NCBI GenBank assembly: GCA_013204405.1
Contig: JABMNX010000040.1
Location: 1,046-65,045, forward strand
Origin: Candidatus Kaiserbacteria bacterium
GTDB lineage: Bacteria > Patescibacteriota > Minisyncoccia > Phycocordibacterales > JABMNX01
Direction: 5' to 3'
Length of the DNA: 64,000 bases
Shown: positions 9,140 through 19,155 of the stretch, piece by piece
Layout of the letters: every line of letters starts with the position of its first letter
Position numbering within the stretch: the stretch's first letter is position 1
The notes under the pieces: generated by a model
Told to the model about the DNA's origin: nothing
The model's database searches: none
The model's input: the letters and a program-made list of their open reading frames with translations, nothing else
Position numbers and translations under genes: made by a program

Positions 9140-10090
9140 ATGTCAAACAAAAAACTTGGTAAATTAGACAATGTTAAGTTGAGAGACATTTGGGAAAATG
9201 AGGAAAGAGATTTTTCTTCTTGGCTTATTGAACCAGAAAATCTAGCACTTCTTGGTGGCGAGTTAGGTATAGACATTTCTTTTATTGAAAAAGAAGCTGG
9301 TGTTGGAAAGTTTAGTTTGGATATTCTTGCGAAGGAGGCGAACACGAACAGAAATATAATAATTGAAAACCAGCTTGAAATTACAGACCACGACCACTTA
9401 GGTAAAATTATTACCTATGCGGCGGGGCATAATGCTTCCATTGTGATATGGATTTTTAAGGATATTCGGGAAGAACACAGACAAGCTGTTGATTGGCTGA
9501 ATGAAAATACGAATGAGGAGTTATCGTTTTTTGCTGTGAGAGTTGAGGCGTGGAAAATTGACAATTCTGCCCCTGCACCAAAGTTCCATATTATAAGTAG
9601 ACCAAATGAATGGGCTAAAACTGTCAGGAAAAGTTCTGAAGGTGGCAGTTTGGGTAAGACCAAACTTAAACAATTAGATTTTTGGACTAACTTGAAATCG
9701 TATGCAACAGGTAAAGAAGTCACATTATTTAGTAGGACACCTCGTTCACAACATTGGTATGACGTTTCTATTGGGTCGTCTGAAGCCCATATATCACTGA
9801 CTGTGAACACGAGAGACAAGATATTTTCTTGTGAGTTGTGGATAAATAACAATAAGGATATTTTTAATTTTTTGAAGGAACAAAAAGAAAAAATTGAAAA
9901 GGAATTAGACACCTCTCTTGTGTGGAAAGACGAGAATATGATTGCATCAAGAATAATACAACGACGACCTAATTCTGATTTGGATAGTGAGGAAGAAATG
10001 GAGACCTACTATGATTGGTTTATAGAAAGAACAATAGTTTTCCACAAGGTTTTTGGTAAGTTTCTTAATGATTTTAAGAATGAAAGCTAA
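9140..10090 (+). CDS. PD-(D/E)xK (NucS-like) nuclease fused to a DUF4268 domain
   Basis: LRDIWENEERDFSSWL, LDILA...IIIENQLEITDHDHLGKIITYAAG; C-terminal FW...PRSQHWYDVSIG. Confidence 0.8.
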   Translation: MSNKKLGKLDNVKLRDIWENEERDFSSWLIEPENLALLGGELGIDISFIEKEAGVGKFSLDILAKEANTNRNIIIENQLEITDHDHLGKIITYAAGHNASIVIWIFKDIREEHRQAVDWLNENTNEELSFFAVRVEAWKIDNSAPAPKFHIISRPNEWAKTVRKSSEGGSLGKTKLKQLDFWTNLKSYATGKEVTLFSRTPRSQHWYDVSIGSSEAHISLTVNTRDKIFSCELWINNNKDIFNFLKEQKEKIEKELDTSLVWKDENMIASRIIQRRPNSDLDSEEEMETYYDWFIERTIVFHKVFGKFLNDFKNES

Positions 10091-10262
10091 AGATTTTTAT
10101 ACTGCTCGAAACTTGGCAGACAAGTTAGGAGTAAATATAATGACGATTTATCGTTATATAAAAGCGGGTAAACTTAATGCTCACAAAATTGGAAAGGAGT
10201 TTCGCATTGACAAAACCGAGTTTGAGGCATTTTTAATAAAAACAAGAACAAATAAGAGGTAA
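10080..10262 (+). CDS. Excisionase-family (HTH_17) DNA-binding protein
   Basis: [38 protein letters not shown]. Confidence 0.85.
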   Translation: MKAKDFYTARNLADKLGVNIMTIYRYIKAGKLNAHKIGKEFRIDKTEFEAFLIKTRTNKR

Positions 10263-10281
10263 AAATAATCAAACCTTTATT

Positions 10282-11844
10282 ATGGCAAAAGAAAAAAAAC
10301 AGAGAAAAACAGAGAAAAATGGGGACGAGAACTTTGAAGCACAACTATTCAAGGCGGCTGATAAACTCCGAAAAAATATAGACGCTGGCGAATACAAGCA
10401 CATAGTGCTTGGTCTTATTTTCCTTAAATATATCTCCGACGCTTTCGAAGACCATTATAAGAAACTAAAAGAAGGCAAGGGAAAATATAAAGGAGCAGAC
10501 CCAGAAGATAAGGACGAATATAAAGCTGAAAATGTCTTTTGGACACCACCAGAAGCACGTTGGACATATTTGCACTCACGAGCAAAACTTCCAAGCATAG
10601 GAAAGGATTTGGACGCGGCAATGGAAGTAATAGAAAAAGAAAACCCAACCCTTAAAGGTATCTTAACGAAAGATTATGCTAAACCTAACTTGGATAAAAT
10701 TGCGCTTGGTGAATTAGTTGATTTAATTTCTAATATAGCTCTTGGAAAGGAAACAGATAAGTCGAAAGATATTATCGGACGCGTTTATGAATACTTTCTT
10801 GGCGAGTTTGCTTCACTCGAAGGTAAAAAAGGAGGGCAGTTCTATACACCACGAAGCATTGTTGAGTTAATGGTAGGAATGACAGAGCCATTAAAGGGGC
10901 GTGTTTTTGACCCCGCTTGTGGCTCTGGTGGTATGTTTGTAAGCTCTGAAAGGTTTGTGGAAGCACACCAAGGGCGTGTAGCTGATATTTCAATCTATGG
11001 GCAAGAAAGCAACCACACCACCTACCGTCTTTGCCGTATGAACCTTGCTTTGCGTGGCATAGACGGCTCACAGGTATCTTGGAATAGCGAAGGGTCGTTT
11101 TTGAAGGACGCACACCCAGACCTTAAAGCGGACTATATCCTCGCCAACCCACCATTTAATCAAAGTGATTGGGGTCACGACATTTTGAGAAATGATGTCC
11201 GTTGGAAATATGGAGTACCGCCAGAAGGAAATGCGAACTACGCTTGGTTACAACATATGGTTCACCACCTTGCACCAAAGGGAGTTATGGCAACGGTTCT
11301 CTCTAACGGCTCACTTTCTGTTGGCGGAGTTGAGGGTGAAATGAGGAAGAAATTGGTAGACGACGATTTAGTAGATTGTATTGTGGCTTTACCAAAACAA
11401 CTTTTCTACAACACGGGTATTCCTGCTTGTTTATGGTTCATATCACGAAAACGTCTTGGAAATGGCGATAGAAAACGAACAGGAGAAATCCTTTTTATTG
11501 ACGCTTCAGAAAAGGGATTTATGGCAGACAGAACTCACAGAGAGTTTACACAAGAAGACATACAAGAGATTGCTAATACATATCACGAATGGAGGAAGGA
11601 AGGAGGTAAGTATGAAGACATTAAGGGCTTCTGTAAGTCTGCCTCCTTGGAAGAGGTAGAGAAGAATAATTATGCTCTAACTGCTGGGCGATATGTGGGT
11701 ATTGCAGACGAAGAAGACGACGGAGAACCGTTTGAGGATAAAATGAAACGACTAACAGAAACTTTGAAAGAACAAATGTCAGAAGAGGAAGAATTGAATA
11801 AAGAAATTAAAAAACAACTTAAAAGAGTTGGGTTTGATATATGA
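10282..11844 (+). CDS. hsdM: Type I R-M methyltransferase subunit
   Basis: [15 protein letters not shown] and NPPF motifs; N-terminal LFKAADKLR...[11 protein letters not shown]. Confidence 0.96.
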   Translation: MAKEKKQRKTEKNGDENFEAQLFKAADKLRKNIDAGEYKHIVLGLIFLKYISDAFEDHYKKLKEGKGKYKGADPEDKDEYKAENVFWTPPEARWTYLHSRAKLPSIGKDLDAAMEVIEKENPTLKGILTKDYAKPNLDKIALGELVDLISNIALGKETDKSKDIIGRVYEYFLGEFASLEGKKGGQFYTPRSIVELMVGMTEPLKGRVFDPACGSGGMFVSSERFVEAHQGRVADISIYGQESNHTTYRLCRMNLALRGIDGSQVSWNSEGSFLKDAHPDLKADYILANPPFNQSDWGHDILRNDVRWKYGVPPEGNANYAWLQHMVHHLAPKGVMATVLSNGSLSVGGVEGEMRKKLVDDDLVDCIVALPKQLFYNTGIPACLWFISRKRLGNGDRKRTGEILFIDASEKGFMADRTHREFTQEDIQEIANTYHEWRKEGGKYEDIKGFCKSASLEEVEKNNYALTAGRYVGIADEEDDGEPFEDKMKRLTETLKEQMSEEEELNKEIKKQLKRVGFDI

Positions 11845-12476
11845 GTAAAAATCTACCCTACACAGCACCATACAAAGGAGGAGACGCTTTCAACTGCCCA
11901 AACTGCGGAGCATTTGCTAATCAGTCGTGGGCAGAGCACTGGCATAATAACGAGGCAAGTTTGGACGGTCTTACTACGTCAAGGTGCGCGCGGTGCAATG
12001 ATTATGCGGTATGGAAATACGGAAATCTTATATGTCCTCAAACCTCACCCATAGAGCCACCAAGCAATGATTTACCAACAGAAGTAAAGACTGATTACGA
12101 GGAAGCAGCTAAAATTGTTCAGCAATCACCACGAGCTGCGGCAGCTCTTTTACGCTTAGCTATTCAAAAGCTTTGTGTTCACTTAGGAGGAAGCGGAAAG
12201 AAACTTAACAATGATATAGCTAATCTTGTTAAAGAGGGACTGCCAACTAAAATCCAACAAATGCTTGATACGGTTCGTGTTATAGGTAATCACTCTGTCC
12301 ACGCGGGGGTTATAGACTTAAATGATAATCCTCAAACAGCAGAAACTCTTTTCAAACTTGTAAATATAGTTACGGAGAAAATGATTACAGAGCCAAATGA
12401 AATAGACGCTATATACGATAGTTTACCAGAGGACGATAAGGAACAGATTGGTAAAAGAGATAACACAGAAAAGTAA
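11841..12476 (+). CDS. Zn-ribbon plus DUF4145 (HEPN-like) domain protein
   Basis: CPNC...CARC; DYEEA...[16 protein letters not shown]; [10 protein letters not shown] (R-x4-6-H pattern). Confidence 0.8.
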   Translation: MSKNLPYTAPYKGGDAFNCPNCGAFANQSWAEHWHNNEASLDGLTTSRCARCNDYAVWKYGNLICPQTSPIEPPSNDLPTEVKTDYEEAAKIVQQSPRAAAALLRLAIQKLCVHLGGSGKKLNNDIANLVKEGLPTKIQQMLDTVRVIGNHSVHAGVIDLNDNPQTAETLFKLVNIVTEKMITEPNEIDAIYDSLPEDDKEQIGKRDNTEK

Positions 12477-13637
12477 ATGACAAAGACATTATCAAAATGG
12501 AATAGAGATAAATTAGGAAATACTATTGCTCTTGTAAAAAATAGTTGGCGTCCAAGTGACGAGAACATAAAATATGTTGGGTTAGAACATATAAACCAAG
12601 ACGAGCTTTCCTTAAATGGAGTTGGTGCTTCAGAGGGTTTGGCAAGCAATAAGTTTCGTTTTTCAAAGGGTGACATTCTTTTTGGTAAATTAAGACCATA
12701 CTTTCGCAAGGTGGTTAGACCAAGTTTTAATGGGGTGTGTTCGACAGATATTTGGGTTATGCGAGCTAAAGAGGGATATGACCAATCCTATTTGTTTTAT
12801 TTTATGGCTAATCCTGTTCTCATAAGTAAATCTATGGGAGCAAGCACAGGAACTCATATGCCGAGAGCTGATTGGAATTATCTGTCAGGGACAGAGTGGT
12901 ATTTTCCAGAATTATCAGAACAAAAAGAAATTGCGGAAGTACTTTCAAGCTTGGACGATAAAATAGAGCTTTTACAAAAGCAAAGCGAAACATTAGAACA
13001 AATAGCACAAGCACTTTTTAAGGAGTGGTTTTTGGAGTTTAATTTTCCAGATAAAAATGGAAAGCCGTATAAAAAGTCGGGTGGAAAAATGAGTGACAGT
13101 GAATTAGGTGAGATACCAGAGGGGTGGGAGGTTGGTTTTCTTAATGATATTTCGGAGATTACTTCTGGAAAGAGACCAGACAATAGTGTTGATAAAAAAA
13201 CTAAAACACACCAGATTCCTCTTGTTGGAGCTACGAGAATTATGGGGTATGTAGAAGAACCTTTGTATGACGAAGACATATTAGTTATTGGTAGGGTTGG
13301 AACACACGGCGTTATTCAAAGATTTTACGATAGAGTTTGGGTGTCGGACAATGCTTTTGTTATAAAATCAAAAGATTTTGTTTTTTTATACCACGTTCTT
13401 AAAAATATAAATTATGAAAAGTTAAATAAAGGAGCTGTACAGCCACTAATAACCCAGACTGATTTGAAAAATTATAAACTAGCAATGCCAAACGACAATG
13501 TTATGGATTTATTTGGAATGGCTGGTTCAGAAGTTTTCTTAAAATTAAAAGAGAACAGTTTTCAGGTTAACGTTCTTAGTAAAATCAGAGATTTTCTGTT
13601 ACCAAAACTAATGAACGGAGAAGTTCGGGTAAAATAA
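12477..13637 (+). CDS. hsdS: Type I R-M specificity subunit
   Basis: Two TRDs; PELSEQKEIAEVLSSLDDKIE, GEIPEGW and RDFLLPKLMNGE conserved regions. Confidence 0.94.
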   Translation: MTKTLSKWNRDKLGNTIALVKNSWRPSDENIKYVGLEHINQDELSLNGVGASEGLASNKFRFSKGDILFGKLRPYFRKVVRPSFNGVCSTDIWVMRAKEGYDQSYLFYFMANPVLISKSMGASTGTHMPRADWNYLSGTEWYFPELSEQKEIAEVLSSLDDKIELLQKQSETLEQIAQALFKEWFLEFNFPDKNGKPYKKSGGKMSDSELGEIPEGWEVGFLNDISEITSGKRPDNSVDKKTKTHQIPLVGATRIMGYVEEPLYDEDILVIGRVGTHGVIQRFYDRVWVSDNAFVIKSKDFVFLYHVLKNINYEKLNKGAVQPLITQTDLKNYKLAMPNDNVMDLFGMAGSEVFLKLKENSFQVNVLSKIRDFLLPKLMNGEVRVK

Positions 13638-13652
13638 GACATATGAGTGACT

Positions 13653-14558
13653 ATGAAAAATATAAAACTGGCAATAGAGGAAAATGAAAAGTGGACTAAC
13701 TTGCACTCATACATTGAGTTAATAGAACAAAATTGTGATAGTAATCAGGGAGTTGCGCTTGACGGGGCAAAGAGTTTACTTGAAAGTATTTCAAAAACTA
13801 TTTTAGCTGACCGTGGAATTGTTTATGCTCCAGACGCGTCTCTTGGACGCCTTGTAAAAGACGCCGTTAGGTCACTTCCTTCTTTTGATATATTAGATAA
13901 ACAAGACGCTGATGTTGTGGTTCGTATAGTGAGTGGCTTGGAAAGCGTCTCGTCCAGTATTGGTTCTCTCCGAAACAGGCACGGAACGGTAGGACACGGA
14001 AAAGATTTACACGAAGAGCGAGAATTAGATAGACGTCTCGCGAACCTTGCAATTTCTTGTGTGGACAATCTAGCTGGTTTTCTAATGGAAGCACATTCCT
14101 CTGAACCAGACGGAATAAAAAGACTTCGCTATGAAGATTTCTCTGGTTTCAATGAAAGATTTGACGAACAACAGGAGCAAATAGAGATTGAAGGTATCGT
14201 AATAAGTCCAAGTCGCGCTCTTTTCGACCAAGATATTGAAGCGTTCAAGGAGACAGCAATTGCTTTTGGACAAAAAGAGAAGTTGGTTGACGATTTGGAG
14301 ACAAGTTTTAATTTTGTTACCACACACAACATCATTGAAGGTCTATCAAAACACAAAGATTTTTCAGAGGCACAAGTAAGACGTTTAGTATCTATATGCT
14401 CTACTAATAATCAGGTCGAGTGGATTATAGGAGACCCTGATGTTCATAAGTTTTATTCAGGAATCCTCTCAAATTACAGACATTATATGCCAACAGAACA
14501 AGCAGAGTACCTTTTTCTTTTATTAAATGAAAATAAATCTGAAGACCTTGATTTTTAG
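13653..14558 (+). CDS. Abortive-infection C-terminal (Abi_C/HEPN-like) domain protein
   Basis: AKSLLESISKTIL...IGSLRNRHGTVGHGKD. Confidence 0.75.
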   Translation: MKNIKLAIEENEKWTNLHSYIELIEQNCDSNQGVALDGAKSLLESISKTILADRGIVYAPDASLGRLVKDAVRSLPSFDILDKQDADVVVRIVSGLESVSSSIGSLRNRHGTVGHGKDLHEERELDRRLANLAISCVDNLAGFLMEAHSSEPDGIKRLRYEDFSGFNERFDEQQEQIEIEGIVISPSRALFDQDIEAFKETAIAFGQKEKLVDDLETSFNFVTTHNIIEGLSKHKDFSEAQVRRLVSICSTNNQVEWIIGDPDVHKFYSGILSNYRHYMPTEQAEYLFLLLNENKSEDLDF

Positions 14559-14602
14559 TACTAAGTGGACTATTTAGTGAATAGTTGTTCTAATAGATAA
14601 AA

Positions 14603-17600
14603 ATGACAAAAATATACGAAGACGACATAGAAAAATGGGTTATAGAACTTCTTGAAAAAGAGGGATATGTTTATTTATCCCCACAGGAGCAGGAAGTAGA
14701 AAGACCTGACCTAAAGGAAGTTATCCTAAAAGGACGCTTGGAACAGGCGGTGGCTCGGCTTAACTCCAATATCTCTCCAGAAGCCCGCGAGGAGGCAATA
14801 AAGCGGGTTTTTAACCTCGTTCCACAGCATTTGGTAGAAAGTAATGAGACATTTCAAACAATGCTCACAGACGGCGTGAGTGTGGAAGTCCCAGCCGAGC
14901 AAGGTGGCACTCGTGGAGAAATAGTTCACCTTGTTGATTTTGAAAATCCTACAAACAACGACCTTATAGTAACTAACCAATTTACTATTCCTTATGACCA
15001 TACTAGCAAGAGACCTGACGTAGTACTTTTGATAAATGGGCTTCCTCTTGCCGTAATTGAACTCAAAAATCCTGCTGACGAAAATGCTACGGTTCATAAG
15101 GCATTTACACAACTTCAAAACTACAAAGACGCAGTGCCACAACTTTTTGTATACAACGGTATTTTAATCGCTTCTGACGGATTAGACGGACGGGTAGGTT
15201 CTCTAACTGCTCCGTGGGAGAGATTTTATTTATGGAGAGAGCCAGATAAAAAAGAGAAAGAAAAAGTAAAACCACAAATGGAAACGATTATAAAAGAAAT
15301 GCTTCAGCCAGAAGTTCTTCTTGATTTAATAAGAAACTTTACTGTCTTTGAAAAAGTGAAGAAAGAAGATAAGAAAACAGGAAGAGTTGTTGTAGAGACA
15401 ATTAAAAAAGTGGCGGCGTATCACCAGTATTATGTAGTGAATAAAGCCATTACTTCTACTATAGAGGCGACAAGTGAGAAGGGAGAGCGAAAAATAGGAG
15501 TGGTTTGGCATACACAAGGTTCAGGAAAATCTCTTTCAATGGTTTTTTATACAGGAAAAGCTGTTCTCTCTCTTGGTAATCCAACAGTTGTCGTCATTAC
15601 AGACAGAAATGATTTGGACGACCAACTTTTTGGAACATTTTCAGCAAGCAAAGGACTTTTAAGACAAGAGCCAATTCAGGCAAAAAGTAGAGAGCACTTA
15701 AAAGAACTTTTACAAACAGCAGGTGGTGGAATTATCTTTACGACTATTCAAAAGTTTTTTCCAGAGAACGGAGGCGAAACTTATGATGAGTTAACAGATA
15801 GGAGAAATGTTGTAGTCATTGCAGACGAAGCTCACCGTTCACAATATGGTTTTGCGGCGAGAACTGTATTTAAGGACGAGCAAGCTATTACAAGATATGG
15901 TAATGCAAAGTATTTACGGGACGCTTTACCAAATGCTTCGTTTATTGGCTTTACTGGAACACCTATTGAAAGTGCAGATAAATCTACACCAGCAGTGTTT
16001 GGTAAATATATTGACGTATATGATGTTCAAGACGCGGTAGAGGACGGGGCAACCGTGCCTATTTACTACGAAAGTCGATTAGTAAAAGTTCATTTGCCAG
16101 TAGAAGAGAGTATGAAAATTGACGCGGAAGTTGAGGCGGTTGCCGAAGGGGTAGAGTTTACTGCTAAAGAGAAAGCAAAAGCAAAATGGGCGCAACTAGA
16201 GGCGGTAATTGGTAATCGTGCAAGACTTAAAGAGATTGCCAAAGATTTGGTGGAGCACTACGAAGCACGACAAGAAGTGAATATAGGAAAAGCAATGATA
16301 GTTGCTATGAGTAGGAGGATTGCTGTTGAACTGTATGAAGAAATCATTGAACTTCGTCCTGAATGGCACAACAAGGATTTTGACAAAGGAGCAATAAAGG
16401 TTGTGATGACTGCGAACTCTTCTGACCCAAAAGAGTTCCAGCCACATCATACAAATAAACAAGACAGACAAAGATTAGCTACTCGTTTCAAAGACGCAGA
16501 TAATGAACTAAAAATTGTTGTTGTTTGTGATATGTGGCTTACAGGATTTGATGTGCCAAGTTTACATACTATGTATGTAGATAAGCTAATGCGAGGACAC
16601 AACTTAATGCAAGCGATAGCTCGTGTAAACCGAGTGTTCAGAGATAAAGAAGGGGGACTTATTGTTGATTATATTGGTTTTGCGGCAGATTTACAGAAGG
16701 CACTTGCTATTTATACACAAAGCGGAGGAAAGGGAGACCCTACACTAACCCAACAAAAAGCTATTGAAGTGATGTTGGAGAAATATGAAGTGGTAAAACA
16801 AATGTTCCATAACTTTGATTATCGCCGATACTTTACTGTTGATACACAAGGAAAGCTAGAGGTTATTTTGGAAGCACAGGAACATATTCTTGCACAAGAT
16901 AATAAAGAAGGTAAAAGTGGAAAAGAAAAGAAGGAGGGTATACAAGAAAGATATACACGAGAAGTAACTGCACTCTCAAAAGTATTTGCTATCGCCATTC
17001 CAAGCGAAGAAGCTTTTTCTATACGAGACGAAGTAGCATTTTTTCAAGCCATTAAATCACGTTTAATAAAGTTTGACCCAGACCCAGAAGGCAGACGGGA
17101 AGATATAGATACTGCTATCAGGCAGATTATAGACCAAGCCATTGTTACTGAAGGTGTGGTGGATATTTTTGCAGCTGCAGGTATACAAAAGCCAGACCTT
17201 TCTGTTCTCTCTGACGAGTTCTTATCAGAGGTACAGAATATGAAGCACAGAAACTTGGCAATGGAATTATTGAAACGTGTAATTGACGACGAAATAAAGG
17301 CACGGTTAAGAAAGAACTTTATTCAAGGAAAGAAGTTATCTGAAATGCTTGAAAAGACGCTTAAAAAATACCAAAACAATCTTCTTACTGCTTCTGAAGT
17401 AATTCAAGAGTTGATTAAGTTGGCGAAGGAAATAAAAGACGCAGACGCCCGTGGCGAGGACTTAGGGCTATCAGAGGACGAGATAGCTTTCTATGACGCT
17501 TTGAGTGACAACGGTAGTGCAAAAGAGGTATTGGGAGATAACACACTTCGTGACTTAGCGAGAGTTCTTGTAGAGAAGGTCAGGGGTAGTGCAACGATTG

Positions 17601-17752
17601 ACTGGACTATCAGAGAGAATGTAAGAGCGAAGCTCCGTGTGCTTGTGAAAAGAACACTTAATCAGTTTGGGTATCCGCCAGACAAACAAGCTATTGCCAC
17701 AGAGTTTGTATTGAAGCAAGCAGAACTCTTTGCTGACGAGTGGACTAAATAG
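14603..17752 (+). CDS. hsdR: Type I R-M restriction subunit
   Basis: [19 protein letters not shown] nuclease motif; [19 protein letters not shown] and QAIARVNR helicase motifs. Confidence 0.97.
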   Translation: MTKIYEDDIEKWVIELLEKEGYVYLSPQEQEVERPDLKEVILKGRLEQAVARLNSNISPEAREEAIKRVFNLVPQHLVESNETFQTMLTDGVSVEVPAEQGGTRGEIVHLVDFENPTNNDLIVTNQFTIPYDHTSKRPDVVLLINGLPLAVIELKNPADENATVHKAFTQLQNYKDAVPQLFVYNGILIASDGLDGRVGSLTAPWERFYLWREPDKKEKEKVKPQMETIIKEMLQPEVLLDLIRNFTVFEKVKKEDKKTGRVVVETIKKVAAYHQYYVVNKAITSTIEATSEKGERKIGVVWHTQGSGKSLSMVFYTGKAVLSLGNPTVVVITDRNDLDDQLFGTFSASKGLLRQEPIQAKSREHLKELLQTAGGGIIFTTIQKFFPENGGETYDELTDRRNVVVIADEAHRSQYGFAARTVFKDEQAITRYGNAKYLRDALPNASFIGFTGTPIESADKSTPAVFGKYIDVYDVQDAVEDGATVPIYYESRLVKVHLPVEESMKIDAEVEAVAEGVEFTAKEKAKAKWAQLEAVIGNRARLKEIAKDLVEHYEARQEVNIGKAMIVAMSRRIAVELYEEIIELRPEWHNKDFDKGAIKVVMTANSSDPKEFQPHHTNKQDRQRLATRFKDADNELKIVVVCDMWLTGFDVPSLHTMYVDKLMRGHNLMQAIARVNRVFRDKEGGLIVDYIGFAADLQKALAIYTQSGGKGDPTLTQQKAIEVMLEKYEVVKQMFHNFDYRRYFTVDTQGKLEVILEAQEHILAQDNKEGKSGKEKKEGIQERYTREVTALSKVFAIAIPSEEAFSIRDEVAFFQAIKSRLIKFDPDPEGRREDIDTAIRQIIDQAIVTEGVVDIFAAAGIQKPDLSVLSDEFLSEVQNMKHRNLAMELLKRVIDDEIKARLRKNFIQGKKLSEMLEKTLKKYQNNLLTASEVIQELIKLAKEIKDADARGEDLGLSEDEIAFYDALSDNGSAKEVLGDNTLRDLARVLVEKVRGSATIDWTIRENVRAKLRVLVKRTLNQFGYPPDKQAIATEFVLKQAELFADEWTK

Positions 17753-17754
17753 TT

Positions 17755-17895
17755 ATGGAGACAAAAAAGAAAGTGGAATGGACAAAGGAAGAAAGAGACA
17801 GAATAGTCGGTTTCTTCGACCTTTTGATAAAAGTGGACAAGAGGCAAAATCCACATTTGTATAAAAAACAAAATGAGCGGCAATCCAATAAATGA
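17755..17895 (+). CDS. Small 46-aa hypothetical protein (not in the ORF track)
   Basis: METKKKVEWTKEERDRIVGFFDLLIKVDKRQNPHLYKKQNERQSNK; starts 2 nt after the hsdR stop and overlaps the next gene. Confidence 0.6.
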   Translation: METKKKVEWTKEERDRIVGFFDLLIKVDKRQNPHLYKKQNERQSNK

Positions 17896-18520
17896 ATTAG
17901 AAGAAAAGTTCAATGCTTTTATAAACGAAAAAGACGACCATAGATTTTTCCTGCGTCTTTCAAAGTATTTTCAATTTATTGAAGATACATTTCCTTTGGA
18001 CAACATAGTAAAAAAACTTTTCTCTTCTCCTTCTGAACTTTCTATGTTTAAGAATATAGAAGGTTTGTATAATTCTATCGTCCTACATAAATCACCTACT
18101 CGTTTTTCAATTAGTCCAAGTTCTGTGGACGGGTCTGGTATCCGTACTTTACACAAGCGTCTTATTGAAGAAGCGAGAAAATCAGGTCTTGCGAGGGTGT
18201 CTGTAATAGAAAGAAGTGTTGACGGTAGTTATACATTCAACGGGGCGACAATACCTTTTGGCAGAAAAACAATTAAATATCACATATTCGATTATCTATA
18301 TAACTCACCTAGCCACAGAGTTTCTTATGCGGAAATAGATAAATATCTTGTAAGGAATGGGTTTGGTGTAATGAAGAATAACGAAAAAAGAAGTGAAAGA
18401 ATAAGGAGGGCTGTGACAGGTTATCGTGACAAACAAAAAAAGCATTCACAGGTAGGCAATATATCCATATTAGAAATAGAGCACAATTTTGGAGTTAAGC
18501 TGAACAATCCTTTGGTTTGA
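17873..18520 (+). CDS. Hypothetical protein with a probable C-terminal winged-helix domain
   Basis: YHIFDYLYNSPSHRVSYAEID...RIRRAV...GVKLN resembles an OmpR-type wHTH. Confidence 0.55.
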   Translation: MSGNPINELEEKFNAFINEKDDHRFFLRLSKYFQFIEDTFPLDNIVKKLFSSPSELSMFKNIEGLYNSIVLHKSPTRFSISPSSVDGSGIRTLHKRLIEEARKSGLARVSVIERSVDGSYTFNGATIPFGRKTIKYHIFDYLYNSPSHRVSYAEIDKYLVRNGFGVMKNNEKRSERIRRAVTGYRDKQKKHSQVGNISILEIEHNFGVKLNNPLV

Positions 18521-18553
18521 GTTTGTGTTGTAGATAAAAAATAACGAACCTAG

Positions 18554-18584
18554 AAAAGCCCTATGAAAGGGGCTTTTTTGTTTT
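18554..18584 (+). terminator. Intrinsic terminator
   Basis: AAAAGCCC-loop-GGGCTTTT followed by TTGTTTT. Confidence 0.75.
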
Positions 18585-18644
18585 GTATACCAAAAAAGGA
18601 CTATTAGGGACTACTAAACCTGACTGGGAAAATATACATAGCAC

Positions 18645-18860
18645 AACCACTTCGTGTGCAGTGCTTACAAGAGAAAAAGAAGACACGGTGTTTCGGGGAA
18701 GTCCGTGGATAAATAAAAACTTCTCCGTAAACGGAAGCTCTCTTCAGGCACAAATGCGAACGCTGGGGAAAATGTTGACCACTCGTCCCAGCCGTCTAAT
18801 TTGTGTCGGAATGGAGTAGGTGTGGGGAATGCGAGAGGTCGTTCATTCCTATCACATCAA
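18645..18860. other. Highly self-complementary non-coding segment (ncRNA or ssDNA-origin candidate)
   Basis: Nested stems GTTTCGGGGAAGT/ACTTCTCCGTAAAC, AAGAGA/TCTCTT, GCTGGG/CCCAGC, GGAATG/CATTCC and GGCACAAAT/ATTTGTGTC. Confidence 0.4.
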
Positions 18861-18961
18861 CTTTCTTCTCTCACATAAAACAACTCACAAATCCTATTTA
18901 GTAGGAAAGTGGGGCATATGAACAAAACTAGAAAAATAAAGTCAAAGATTATATAATTACT

Positions 18962-19147
18962 ATGCTACGCGAGAACAGTCAACTTCATAATAAAAAAATT
19001 GAACCCAGAAAGGGGCAACGAACTTCCTCGCGTAGCAATGTGAGGTCTCGTTGTCCCTCTTTGCGTTATGATTTTGTTAAAGAAAATCAAGAGAATGTTA
19101 ATAGAGCTTTTGATGTCCTTTTTGAAGCTATTACAAACGTGAGATAA
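18962..19147 (+). CDS. Small ORF directly upstream of the recombinase
   Basis: Ends 8 nt before the recombinase ATG; amphipathic C-terminal helix ENVNRAFDVLFEAI; start uncertain. Confidence 0.45.
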   Translation: MLRENSQLHNKKIEPRKGQRTSSRSNVRSRCPSLRYDFVKENQENVNRAFDVLFEAITNVR

Positions 19148-19155
19148 TTTTATTT

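Noticed and set aside
18583-18819. 78-aa ORF upstream of the integrase module
   Set aside because: Its TTG start lies inside a terminator tail, it has no protein-like features, and the region is better explained by secondary structure.
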